Source: Eubacteriales bacterium
GTDB taxonomy: Bacteria > Bacillota > Clostridia > Oscillospirales > QAKW01
DNA length: 64,000 bases
NCBI GenBank assembly: GCA_045612565.1
Contig: JAZKZG010000094.1
Location: 2,556-66,555 of the forward strand
Direction of reading: 5' to 3'
Position numbers and translations under genes: made by a program
In this document: piece by piece, positions 1 through 9,564 of the stretch
How positions within the stretch are numbered: the stretch's first letter is position 1
Layout of the letters: each line of letters starts with the position of its first letter
The notes under the pieces: generated by a model
What the model was told of the DNA's origin: nothing
The model's input: the letters and a program-made list of their open reading frames with translations, nothing else
Database searches by the model: none

Positions 1-651
1 TTCGGCGGTGACGATCAGTGGTCAAATATGCTTGGCGGTACCGAACTTATCCGTAAAAAACTCGGTAAAGATGCATACGCAATGACCATCACCCTGCTTA
101 TGAACTCAGAGGGCAAAAAGATGGGCAAGACCGCAAACGGTGCGGTATGGCTCGACCCCAAAAAGACAAGCCCCTATGATTTTTATCAGTATTGGCGTAA
201 CGTTGCCGACTGTGATGTTTTGCGCTTTATAAGAATGCTCACATTCTTACCTCTCGAAGAAATCGATAAGATGGATTCGTGGGGGGGCGCACAGCTCATC
301 ACCGCAAAAGAAATTCTTGCATACGAACTCACAACTCTTGTTCACGGCAAAGAAGAAGCCGACAAGGCACAAACTGCCGCAAAAGCACTTTTTGCAGGTG
401 GCAGTGACAACTCAGATATGCCTAAGTGCGAAATCGAGGTTGACGGCGAAATCAATATTATGGACCTTATGGTAAACGGCGGACTCGCTCCTTCAAAGTC
501 AGAGGCAAGACGTCTTGTGACCCAGGGCGGTGTGTCAATTGACGGCGTTAAGGTTGACGACCCCAAAACAATGCTCTCACGCGAAAGTCTTGCAAACGAG
601 CCTGTTATTAAAAAGGGTAAAAAGAACTTTTACAAGATTATTTTGAAATAA
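1..651 (+). CDS. tyrS: tyrosine--tRNA ligase, C-terminal part (5' end lies outside the window)
   Basis: Frame 1 is open from base 1 (FGGDDQWSNMLGG...). KMSKS-type loop 'KMGKT'. C-terminal S4-like RNA-binding domain (SKSEARRLVTQGGVSIDGVKV). Confidence 0.9.
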   Translation, partial: FGGDDQWSNMLGGTELIRKKLGKDAYAMTITLLMNSEGKKMGKTANGAVWLDPKKTSPYDFYQYWRNVADCDVLRFIRMLTFLPLEEIDKMDSWGGAQLITAKEILAYELTTLVHGKEEADKAQTAAKALFAGGSDNSDMPKCEIEVDGEINIMDLMVNGGLAPSKSEARRLVTQGGVSIDGVKVDDPKTMLSRESLANEPVIKKGKKNFYKIILK

Positions 652-693
652 TTTTATAACACCTCTCATATAGTTTATGGGAGGTGTTTTTAT

Positions 694-1347
694 ATGCAAA
701 AACAAAAAGGTTCATTTATTATAACACTGCTGATAATCGCGCTTTTTATGTTTGCGGGTGTATTTTACATAAAAACTTCAAAACCACAGCTTTACAGCGC
801 GGCAATAACTTTTGTAAAAGAAACAATATCAAAAGCGCAGGGGCTGGCGGAGGTAAACGCCGAAGTGTTTGATGCCGTAAAAACCCCAAAGGGCGAGATT
901 TTAAGTTCGGCAGAGGATATTAATTTTGATTACTTGTCGGCACACTCGGTAACAAACTCAAAAATTCCCGTTGACAATGCAGTTATAACCTCGCCCTACG
1001 GCAACCGCATCGACCCTGTTTATAAAACGTCGAATGCAACGCATCATGGAATTGACCTTGCCGCTTGTGAGGGCAGTGAAATCTACAGTTTTAAGTCGGG
1101 CGTTATTGAAAGCGTAAAAAACGATGATATATTCGGTAACTGTGTGCTTATAAATCACGGTGATATATCATCGTTTTATGCGCATATGTCAACTGTTTGC
1201 GTTGCCGAGGGTGACAGCGTAATCACAGGTCAAAAAATCGGCGTTATCGGCTCCACAGGAAAAAGCACAGGCACCCACCTTCATTTTGAAATACGCAAAG
1301 ACAGTGAGCGTATTGACCCTACGGAATATCTTTATGAAAAGATATAG
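694..1347 (+). CDS. membrane-anchored M23 (LytM-type) metallopeptidase, SpoIVFA-like position
   Basis: N-terminal TM helix. M23 motifs HHGIDLA (HxxxD) and GTHLHFEIR (HxH) are intact. GGAGGTG RBS lies upstream. The 3' end overlaps the following M50 protease gene. Confidence 0.8.
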   Translation: MQKQKGSFIITLLIIALFMFAGVFYIKTSKPQLYSAAITFVKETISKAQGLAEVNAEVFDAVKTPKGEILSSAEDINFDYLSAHSVTNSKIPVDNAVITSPYGNRIDPVYKTSNATHHGIDLAACEGSEIYSFKSGVIESVKNDDIFGNCVLINHGDISSFYAHMSTVCVAEGDSVITGQKIGVIGSTGKSTGTHLHFEIRKDSERIDPTEYLYEKI

Positions 1348-1906
1348 TATATCCCCGCTTTTAATAATATTTATGACGGCGTTTGTGCTAATTGACGGAA
1401 GTTTTTTTGCACTGCTTACCGTTTTGTTTTCGCTTTGGCACGAACTGTGGCACATAATCGTGCTTAAAATAGTGGGCGGAAAAATAAAAGGGCTTAGTGC
1501 AATCGGAGTCGGAATAAAACTCAGTTCAAATATGTTAAGTTACAGGCAGGAACTGGCTGTTGCACTTGCAGGGCCGGTTGCCTCTTTTTTTATGTCACTT
1601 ATATTTTTGCCGTTTGCATTAAAAAACGAGTATGCGATGTTTTGCGCTTTTTCAAACCTTGTCATATTTGCAATAAACATACTGCCCATCTTTCCGCTTG
1701 ACGGTGGCAGGGCTCTTTATTTTTTATTATGTAATAAACTGATGCCGTCATCCGCATCAAAAATAACAAAATGCGTAACTGTCATATTTTTGTTGCCTCT
1801 TTCTGTATTATCAGTTATAATATTAATAAAAACAGGCTATAACCTATCTCTTATGCTTATCTGCCTGTATTTATTGGTACTTTTTTTAGGAGTTAAAAAT
1901 ATATGA
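1334..1906 (+). CDS. short M50 site-2 protease (SpoIVFB-like, no CBS domain)
   Basis: HExxH as 'WHELWH' inside a TM helix and an 'NILPIFPLDGG' motif. Polytopic, about 190 aa. The internal ATG at 1334 was chosen because it overlaps the end of the M23 gene; the ORF track starts at 1286. Confidence 0.75.
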   Translation: MKRYSISPLLIIFMTAFVLIDGSFFALLTVLFSLWHELWHIIVLKIVGGKIKGLSAIGVGIKLSSNMLSYRQELAVALAGPVASFFMSLIFLPFALKNEYAMFCAFSNLVIFAINILPIFPLDGGRALYFLLCNKLMPSSASKITKCVTVIFLLPLSVLSVIILIKTGYNLSLMLICLYLLVLFLGVKNI

Positions 1907-3753
1907 CTGTTAATATGCAAAAACTAAACAGCATTTTACCGCTTGTGCAAAAACCCGCACGGTATACGGGCGGTGAACTGTTTGAATGTGTAAAGGACAA
2001 GCAAAAGGTGGATATCCGTTTTGCATTTTGCTTTCCTGATATATACGATATCGCAATGTCCTGCCTCGGTTATCGAATTCTTTACGGTGCGCTCAACTCA
2101 CAGGATAATATCTGGTGTGAACGCGTGTGTGCGCCGTGGCCCGATATGGAAGAACAACTGAAACAACAGGATATAAAACTCTTTTCGCTCGAGAGCAAGA
2201 CCGAACTGTGCGATTTTGACATAGTTGCATTTACCTTGCAGTATGAAATGTGCTACACCACCGTACTCAGTATGCTGTCTCTTGGCGGTGTACCCGTAAA
2301 AAAAGAAGAGCGCCAAGGTCTTGACAATATTGTAATTGCGGGTGGCCCCTGTGCCTATAATCCTGAGCCTCTTGCCGATTTTGTCGACCTCTTTACAATC
2401 GGTGAAGGCGAAAACCAACTTATCCAACTGTCGAATGCGCTCAAAAGCGCAAAGGACCGCGGTCTATCGCGCGAGGAGTTTTTTAAAGAGGCAATCAGAA
2501 TTGACGGCGTTTATGCCCCGTCACTCTATGAAACAACCTATAATGATGACGGTACTATTGCATCTTTTAAACCGCGATTTGACGATGTACCCGAAACTGT
2601 CACCAAGGCAATTATAAAAGACCTCGACGGTGTGTATTTTCCGTCTACACAAATTGTGCCGTATATCGACACGGTACATGACAGGGTAACAGTTGAACTT
2701 TTCCGCGGCTGTATCCGCGGTTGCCGTTTTTGTCAGGCGGGTATGCTTTGCCGACCGATACGTTCAAAATCGGTAGATACACTCGTAAAACAAGCCGAAA
2801 CACTTCTGGAGTGTACAGGCTATGAGCAACTATCGCTCTGTTCACTTTCGTCGAGTGACTATCCCGATATCGAGCGGCTTGTGGACGAGCTTTTAAAACT
2901 CACCGAGCCTAAAAAAATCAATCTTTCGATGCCGTCTTTACGCATTGATAATTTTTCAAAAGAACTTGCCGAAAAAATAACCCGCGTTAAAAAATCAACC
3001 TTCACTTTTGCGCCTGAAGCAGGTACACAGCGTCTGCGTGACGTTATTAACAAAAACGTCACCGTAGAGGATATCGACAAAAGTTGCCGTATGTCGTTTG
3101 AAAACGGAAACTCGTCGGTAAAACTCTATTTTATGACCGGTCTTCCTACCGAAACTATGGAGGATGTAGAGGGCATTGCTGACCTTTCGGCACACGTTAT
3201 GGATATCTTTTTCTCGGTTGATAAAAACAAGCGCAACCGCAGGGTGACTGTCACCTCGTCGGCATCAATCTTTGTTCCTAAGCCGTTTACGCCGTTTCAG
3301 TGGGAGGCGCAGGACGATTTTGACACAATATTCCAAAAACAGAGTTTACTTCGTGAGCGCTTTAAAACAATTCGCGCACAGATTGCAATGCACGAGCCGT
3401 ATATGTCACATATCGAGGCGGTACTTGCTCGCGGTGACCGACGTATTGGCGCAGTGCTTTATGAACTGTGCAAAAAGGGTGCGCGTCTTGAGGCGTGGGA
3501 CGAGTATTTTGATTACGAAAGTTGGAATACCGCTTTTGAAAAATGCGGTATTGATCCGCACTTTTATGCAAACCGCAAACGTGAGTTTAGCGAGATTTTG
3601 CCGTGGGACTTTATAAAGGTTGGTGTTACAAAGGCATATCTGCAAAAAGAGGCAGAGTGCGCCTACTGTGAAAAAACAACCCATAACTGCAAAGAGGGCT
3701 GTACGGGTTGCGGTGCGTCAAAACTTTTGGAAGGAGGACAGTGCGATGTCTAA
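1903..3753 (+). CDS. B12-binding-like/radical SAM protein (resembles the TIGR03960 family)
   Basis: CxxxCxxC cluster 'CIRGCRFCQAG'. 616 aa. Start overlaps the stop of the upstream gene (ATGA). Confidence 0.8.
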   Translation: MTVNMQKLNSILPLVQKPARYTGGELFECVKDKQKVDIRFAFCFPDIYDIAMSCLGYRILYGALNSQDNIWCERVCAPWPDMEEQLKQQDIKLFSLESKTELCDFDIVAFTLQYEMCYTTVLSMLSLGGVPVKKEERQGLDNIVIAGGPCAYNPEPLADFVDLFTIGEGENQLIQLSNALKSAKDRGLSREEFFKEAIRIDGVYAPSLYETTYNDDGTIASFKPRFDDVPETVTKAIIKDLDGVYFPSTQIVPYIDTVHDRVTVELFRGCIRGCRFCQAGMLCRPIRSKSVDTLVKQAETLLECTGYEQLSLCSLSSSDYPDIERLVDELLKLTEPKKINLSMPSLRIDNFSKELAEKITRVKKSTFTFAPEAGTQRLRDVINKNVTVEDIDKSCRMSFENGNSSVKLYFMTGLPTETMEDVEGIADLSAHVMDIFFSVDKNKRNRRVTVTSSASIFVPKPFTPFQWEAQDDFDTIFQKQSLLRERFKTIRAQIAMHEPYMSHIEAVLARGDRRIGAVLYELCKKGARLEAWDEYFDYESWNTAFEKCGIDPHFYANRKREFSEILPWDFIKVGVTKAYLQKEAECAYCEKTTHNCKEGCTGCGASKLLEGGQCDV

Positions 3754-4393
3754 TGTTCCGTTTAAAGAAGTACGCGTAATATTTAACAAAACAGGGTCTG
3801 CAATGTGGTTTTCGCACCTTGACCTTATGCGCGCAATATCAAGGGCGCTCAGACGTTCCAACCTTGATATCTGGATGAGCGAGGGATTTACACCGCGCCC
3901 ACATATCGTGTTCACTCCTCCGCTTTCACTCGGGTACGAGAGTACCGCTGAAATAATGGATTTCCGCTTAAATCTCGGCGCAAAACTTGATGCGGAAAAA
4001 CTCAAAGACTGTTTTCCTCCCGCACTCAAGGTAAACGAAATATATTTCCCCAAAACCAAAATGAAAGATATCGCGTTTGCCGACTATGAAATAACTTTAA
4101 CAACAGATGCAACCGCCAAAAGCATTGCCGACTTTTTTTCGCATCCCGTCGAGATGGTAAAAAAGACAAAGCGCGGTGAGTCGACCGTTGATATCACACA
4201 GTTTATAAAAACTTTTGAAATAACCGAAATGGGCGGTGTTGTCAAAATAAAAACGACACTCAGTTGCTCGGCAGAAGCAACCCTCAATCCGTCGTATATG
4301 CTTACGGCACTCGAGCAAAACGGATTTTCTTTTTGTTATCCGGCGGTGAGCCGTACAGGATTCAGAACCGAAAATTTAGAAATTTTCAAATAA
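3746..4393 (+). CDS. radical-SAM-linked protein (DUF2344 / TIGR03936-like)
   Basis: Begins MSNVPFKEVRVIFNKTGSAMWFSHLDLMRAISRALRRS, typical of the partner that is often fused to the preceding radical SAM protein. ATG at 3746 sits after AGGAGGA and overlaps the upstream stop. Confidence 0.7.
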   Translation: MSNVPFKEVRVIFNKTGSAMWFSHLDLMRAISRALRRSNLDIWMSEGFTPRPHIVFTPPLSLGYESTAEIMDFRLNLGAKLDAEKLKDCFPPALKVNEIYFPKTKMKDIAFADYEITLTTDATAKSIADFFSHPVEMVKKTKRGESTVDITQFIKTFEITEMGGVVKIKTTLSCSAEATLNPSYMLTALEQNGFSFCYPAVSRTGFRTENLEIFK

Positions 4394-4460
4394 GTTATTG
4401 ACCTTATTAGTTTTAAAATGTAATATAAAGATAATTTGAACATTTGTGAGGTAAAAAGTT

Positions 4461-5597
4461 ATGAACACCCCCGAAAAACTCTATGAGTTAACAACCGCTC
4501 CTGCTGTGTTTGCAGTAAAAGATAAGTATCAGATTATGGCTATGGCACGTTCGGAACTACTCTTTTGGGTAACTGTTAACGGCAAAAACTATTATGACCA
4601 TTCAAACGGTGTTATCCGCTCAAAAGAGGTTATTCACCGCGTAACAGTGCCGATGAAAGAACTCGACTCGGCAAAAGAATATACCATAAACTACCGCAGA
4701 ATGATAGAGCGTAAACCGTATTTTTCAGAGACCGAGGACATCGTGTCGCAGACATACGAGTTTAAGCCGGTATCGGAAAAGGGTCCCATTAAAATCTATC
4801 ATCTTTCAGACACACACGGAAAATTTGACCAACCTGCAAAGGCGGGTCAGTACTTTGGCGACGATATCGACCTGCTCATTTTAAACGGTGATATTATGGA
4901 CCACAGCGGTGATGTTAAAAACTTTGATCTTGTATATAAACTCTGCGATGCAATAACAGGCGGTTCGCGCCCTGTTGTTTTTTCACGCGGTAACCACGAT
5001 ACCCGCGGTATATTTGCCGAAAAAATTGCCGATTATACACCAAACTACCACGGCAACTCATACTATACTTTCCGCCTTGGCAGACTTTGGGGTATTGTTC
5101 TTGATACAGGCGAGGATAAGCCCGACAGCCACGCAGAATACGGTAACACAATGGCGTGTCACGAGTTCAGATTGGAAGAGGACGAGTTTATCGAGAGCGT
5201 TATCAAAAATGCTGATGAAGAGTATAACGCAAAAGGTGTTGAATACCGTCTTGTAATTGTACATAACCCCTTTACTTGCACAATCCATCCGCCGTTTGAT
5301 ATCGAACAGGAACTCTTTGGTAAATGGGTAAAACGTATTGGCGAGACCATCAATCCGCAACTTTATATCACGGGCCATCTCCATGGCACAATTGTGTCGC
5401 ATATCGGTGACAAACTCGACCATAAGGGTCAGACCTGCCCCGTAATCGTTGGCTCGAGATATTATAAAAACGAGAATAAAAAGCACGTTCACGTTGGCTG
5501 TGCAATCACACTTGACAAAAAAACTGCCAACGTAGTTTTTAACGATAACTTTGGTGAGATTCATTCAAGTTCCGAGGTTGTAAAACTTAAAAAGTAA
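4461..5597 (+). CDS. calcineurin-like metallophosphoesterase, no signal peptide
   Basis: All motifs are present: LSDTHG (DxH), NGDIMDH (GDxxD), RGNHDTRG (GNHD), VIVHNPF, TGHLHG (GHxH). The N-terminal ~100 aa module is paralogous to modules in the 47206..49848 protein. Confidence 0.8.
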   Translation: MNTPEKLYELTTAPAVFAVKDKYQIMAMARSELLFWVTVNGKNYYDHSNGVIRSKEVIHRVTVPMKELDSAKEYTINYRRMIERKPYFSETEDIVSQTYEFKPVSEKGPIKIYHLSDTHGKFDQPAKAGQYFGDDIDLLILNGDIMDHSGDVKNFDLVYKLCDAITGGSRPVVFSRGNHDTRGIFAEKIADYTPNYHGNSYYTFRLGRLWGIVLDTGEDKPDSHAEYGNTMACHEFRLEEDEFIESVIKNADEEYNAKGVEYRLVIVHNPFTCTIHPPFDIEQELFGKWVKRIGETINPQLYITGHLHGTIVSHIGDKLDHKGQTCPVIVGSRYYKNENKKHVHVGCAITLDKKTANVVFNDNFGEIHSSSEVVKLKK

Positions 5598-5616
5598 TTT
5601 AACACTAAATAATAAT

Positions 5617-5648
5617 TTAACCCTGCACAAACTGAAGTGCAGGGTTAA
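5617..5648. terminator. bidirectional stem-loop between convergent genes
   Basis: TTAACCCTGCAC-aaactgaa-GTGCAGGGTTAA, a perfect 12-bp stem. Confidence 0.6.
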
Positions 5649-5875
5649 TCTATTATAAATATGTCTTCAAATTCAACATCCAATATGTTTTTTATATGGA
5701 TGATTTCGTCGGGATAAAGGTGACGCTGACCTACTTCGATTTTTGCAACGGCACTTCTTGTTATATCGCACCCAAGTAACTGTAGCCTTGCCGAAAGCAT
5801 TTCTTGTGTGAGTCCCGCTTTTTCCCGTAAATTTCTAATGTTATTTCCAATCAGCTTTTCGATTTTTTCGTTCAC
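5645..5875 (-). CDS. XRE-family helix-turn-helix transcriptional regulator
   Basis: 76 aa. HTH_3-type signature (IRNLREKAGLTQEMLSARLQLLGCDITRSAVAKIEVGQR). Confidence 0.85.
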   Translation of the reverse strand: MNEKIEKLIGNNIRNLREKAGLTQEMLSARLQLLGCDITRSAVAKIEVGQRHLYPDEIIHIKNILDVEFEDIFIID

Positions 5876-5986
5876 ATTGTTTCTCCTTTGCTCTTATTCG
5901 GGTGCAAAATGATTGACTTTATTATACTGTTGTGATAAATTAGTATTGCACTTATATAGGTGCAATAAACAAAAAAGGAGAAAATT

Positions 5987-8900
5987 ATGAAAAAACGAAT
6001 TTTAAGTTTTGTACTTGTTTTGGTAATGGCAATCGGATTTTTGCCAACCATTTCAATTGCCAATGCTACAACTTATGGTGATCTTACATATGAAATTTCA
6101 GATTACAATATTACAATTACCAAATATGTTGGAGAAGCGACAACAGTTGAAATCCCTGCCTCAATCGATGGCTATCCTGTGACATCAATTGGTAATAGTG
6201 CATTTTACGAATGTTCAAGCCTCACATCGATCACAATCCCCGATAGTGTGACATCAATTGGTGACGATGCATTCTCAGGTTGTACAAGCCTCACATCAAT
6301 CACAATTCCCGATAGCGTAACTTCAATCGGTGCTTATGCATTCAAATATTGTACAAAACTCACATCAATCACGCTCCCTGATACCGTAAACTCAATTGGT
6401 TGTGAAGCATTTTATGATACAGCATATTATAAAGATGAACAGAACTGGGAAATTGGGATTTTGTATATAGGTAAACATCTGATAGAAGCAAAAAAAGATA
6501 TATCAAGTGATTATCCTATAAAACAGAATACTCTTACAATAGCAGACAAAGCATTTTTTGATTGCGATTCCCTTGAATTAATCAGAATCCCTGATAGCGT
6601 AACTTCAATTGGTGATTCTGCATTTGCATATAGCGCTCTTACATCAATCACAATCCCTGATAGTGTGATTTCAATTGGTGATTCTGCATTTGTATGGTGT
6701 GAGAGAATTTCATCAGTCACAATGGGTGTGGGAGTTACCTCAATTGGACGAAGAGCATTTGGGGGATGTACAAGTCTAAAAAATGTATATATAAAAGATC
6801 TTTCAACTTGGTGTAAAATTGATTTTGAATATGATTCACAATATCAACAATATGCTTCGAATCCGTTATCTAATGGAGCATATCTTTATCTGAATGGTGA
6901 TATCGTAGAAAACTTGGTGATTCCATCTAATATATCATCAATCAATAATTATGCATTTTACGGTTGTGCAAGTTTCAAATCAATATCAATTCCGAATAAT
7001 ATTACTTCGATTGGTGATGATTCATTTGGATCTTGTTCTAATATTGAAAAAGTATACATAACCGACCTCTCTGCTTGGTGTAAAATTGATTTTAAAACCA
7101 GACAATCAAACCCGCTTTGTAATGGTTCTGATTTATATTTAGATGGTAACAAAATAACAAATCTTGTTATTCCATATAACATAACTTCAATTGGTGATTA
7201 TACATTCTATAATTGTGAAAGCCTCACATCAGTCACGATCTCTGATAGTGTAACTTCAATTGGTGAATATACATTTTATAATTGCGACAGCCTTGAATCA
7301 GTTACAATAGGAGATAGCGTAACCTCAATCGGTCTTGAGGCATTTTCTTATTGCGAAAGCCTTGAATCAATCACAATCCCTGATAGCGTAACATCAATCG
7401 GTGCTTATGCATTCTATTATTGTAAAAACCTCACATCAATCACAATTCCCGATAGCGTGACGTCAATCGGTGATTGGGGATTTTATAATTGCTTTAGCCT
7501 TGAATCAATTACAATCCCCGATAGCGTAACCTCAATCGGTAGTGGTGCATTTTGTCATTGCGAAAGTCTTACATCAGTCACAATAGGAGATAGCGTAACT
7601 TCAATCAGTGAGAAGGCATTTTATTATTGCGACAGCCTTGAATCAGTTACAATAGGAGATAGCGTAACATCAATCGGTGGTAATGCATTTTATCATTGCG
7701 ACAGCCTTACATCAATCACAATTCCCGATAGCGTAACCTCAATTGGTGAGAAGGCATTTTATTATTGCGAAAGTCTTACATCAATCACAATTCCCGATAG
7801 CGTAACATCAATCGGTGATAATGCATTTTATTATTGTAAAAGCCTTACATCAATCACAATACCCGATAGCGTAACCTCAATCGGTGGTGGTGCATTTTGT
7901 TATTGCGAAAGTCTTACATCAGTCACAATAGGAGATGGTGTAACATCAATCGGTAGTGATGCATTCCATGGTTGTACAAGCCTCACATCAATCACAATCC
8001 CTGACAGTGTAACCTCAATTGGTGATTATGCATTTTATTATTGCGAAAGTCTTACATCAATCACAATTCCCGATAGTGTGACATCAATTGGTGACGATGC
8101 ATTCAGTGCATGTACAAGCCTCACATCTATCACAATTCCTGATAGTGTGACATCAATTGGTGACTATGCATTCTCTACTTGTACAAGCCTCACATCAATC
8201 ACAATCCCCGATAGCGTAACCTCAATCGGTAAATGTGCGTTTTATAATTGTTTTAACCTCGAATCGGTTACAATTGGTAGAGGGGTAAAAAGAATAGGTG
8301 TTGATGCTTTTCTCGACTGTTTGGAACTTGAAAGTGTATACATTTCTGATATTAAGGCTTGGTGTGAAATTAGTTTTGAAATCAATAATATGTACTATTA
8401 TAGTTGCTATGCAAATCCGCTTTATCTGCAGCCCGATTTGTATTTAAATGGTTGCAAGGTGACTCATCTTGTTATTCCAAAAGGTGTAACGTCAATTATT
8501 GATTATGCATTTTATTGTTATGATAAATTTGAATCGGTTACAATTCCTAATAGTGTAACATCAATTGATTCTCATGCGTTTACAAATTGTGATTTAACAG
8601 ACATATATTATGAGGGTAGTGAAGAAAAGTACCAAAAACTTTCGGGCAGGCCATCTGCTACCAATATGCACTATGAATACATCTACAACCCGCCTGTGAC
8701 AAACAGCACAACAGGTGCAACATATGCATCACTTACCGAGGCACTAAACACCGCCAAATCGGGAGAAACAATCAGACTTTTGGCAGATGTTACCGAACAA
8801 ACGGTAATTGTATCATCGGGAGTGACTGTTGACCTTGGTGGTTATAACCTCACAGCAAATCACTTTATTGCGCTTAACGGCAGTAACGTATATGACAGCA

Positions 8901-9400
8901 ACACTTCAAGCAAAGGCAAAATATATGTTGCCAAAAATAACGTTACATTCAGTAAAGATAACACACAACTTCCTGTGTATGATGCCCAAAACGGATGTTA
9001 TCAATTCTTAAAAATCAACCTTGCAAGAGCAAATAAATTTGTATATTCAAACGGCGCGTATACAGCAGAGCCTGTATTTGGTGACTCGGCAAAAATTGCA
9101 AACGGTATTGCAAAAACGCTCTTTAGTCAGGGTGCTGCCAAGAGCGGCGTAAATGTACGCATACGCGTTTCATGGGTTGACAAAAACGATACATACACCG
9201 CAACACAGGATTATACATTCAAAGACAGCGAAGTAAGTAAAGTTGTAAACAGTTTCACGGGCTCAAAATATAATACAATCTTTGGCGCAACATTCAGTGA
9301 AGCAGTGCTCACACAGGGTGATTCGATTGAAATCTCAACAATTGTAGACTCAGGCACAGGAGTGGAACTTACAAGTAACACAATTACAATTATCACATAA
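5987..9400 (+). CDS. secreted BspA-type leucine-rich-repeat surface protein
   Basis: Signal peptide (MKKRILSFVLVLVMAIGFLPTISIANA). More than 25 copies of the 23-aa unit 'SLTSITIPDSVTSIGDYAFYYCE'. Non-repetitive C-terminal ~250 aa. No LPxTG or SLH anchor seen. Confidence 0.85.
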   Translation: MKKRILSFVLVLVMAIGFLPTISIANATTYGDLTYEISDYNITITKYVGEATTVEIPASIDGYPVTSIGNSAFYECSSLTSITIPDSVTSIGDDAFSGCTSLTSITIPDSVTSIGAYAFKYCTKLTSITLPDTVNSIGCEAFYDTAYYKDEQNWEIGILYIGKHLIEAKKDISSDYPIKQNTLTIADKAFFDCDSLELIRIPDSVTSIGDSAFAYSALTSITIPDSVISIGDSAFVWCERISSVTMGVGVTSIGRRAFGGCTSLKNVYIKDLSTWCKIDFEYDSQYQQYASNPLSNGAYLYLNGDIVENLVIPSNISSINNYAFYGCASFKSISIPNNITSIGDDSFGSCSNIEKVYITDLSAWCKIDFKTRQSNPLCNGSDLYLDGNKITNLVIPYNITSIGDYTFYNCESLTSVTISDSVTSIGEYTFYNCDSLESVTIGDSVTSIGLEAFSYCESLESITIPDSVTSIGAYAFYYCKNLTSITIPDSVTSIGDWGFYNCFSLESITIPDSVTSIGSGAFCHCESLTSVTIGDSVTSISEKAFYYCDSLESVTIGDSVTSIGGNAFYHCDSLTSITIPDSVTSIGEKAFYYCESLTSITIPDSVTSIGDNAFYYCKSLTSITIPDSVTSIGGGAFCYCESLTSVTIGDGVTSIGSDAFHGCTSLTSITIPDSVTSIGDYAFYYCESLTSITIPDSVTSIGDDAFSACTSLTSITIPDSVTSIGDYAFSTCTSLTSITIPDSVTSIGKCAFYNCFNLESVTIGRGVKRIGVDAFLDCLELESVYISDIKAWCEISFEINNMYYYSCYANPLYLQPDLYLNGCKVTHLVIPKGVTSIIDYAFYCYDKFESVTIPNSVTSIDSHAFTNCDLTDIYYEGSEEKYQKLSGRPSATNMHYEYIYNPPVTNSTTGATYASLTEALNTAKSGETIRLLADVTEQTVIVSSGVTVDLGGYNLTANHFIALNGSNVYDSNTSSKGKIYVAKNNVTFSKDNTQLPVYDAQNGCYQFLKINLARANKFVYSNGAYTAEPVFGDSAKIANGIAKTLFSQGAAKSGVNVRIRVSWVDKNDTYTATQDYTFKDSEVSKVVNSFTGSKYNTIFGATFSEAVLTQGDSIEISTIVDSGTGVELTSNTITIIT
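7190..8270 (+). repeat. about 15 near-identical 69-bp tandem coding repeats (LRR units)
   Basis: Strings such as CACATCAATCACAATTCCCGATAGCGT recur in phase, for example near 6290, 7430, 7710, 7780, 8060 and 8200. Confidence 0.85.
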
Positions 9401-9420
9401 AGCGAAATACGTATAAATAA

Positions 9421-9456
9421 AATTCACCTCCACTTGTCAGTGAAGGTGAATTTTTT
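9421..9456 (+). terminator. rho-independent terminator of the LRR gene
   Basis: AATTCACCTCCAC-ttgtca-GTGAAGGTGAATT followed by TTTT. Confidence 0.7.
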
Positions 9457-9564
9457 CTTAAAGCAAAAACCAGAGGGGGAATATATCATAATTTGTATAA
9501 ACTGTTCATAAATCTCACGTTAAAACAATTATCAACAAAAAAGGGAGAGTTTGAAAACTCTCCC

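Noticed and set aside
6150-8560. Possible CRISPR-like or minisatellite array because of regular 69-bp periodicity
   Set aside because: The periodicity is in frame within one long ORF and encodes canonical BspA-type LRR units. There are no unique spacers and no cas genes.
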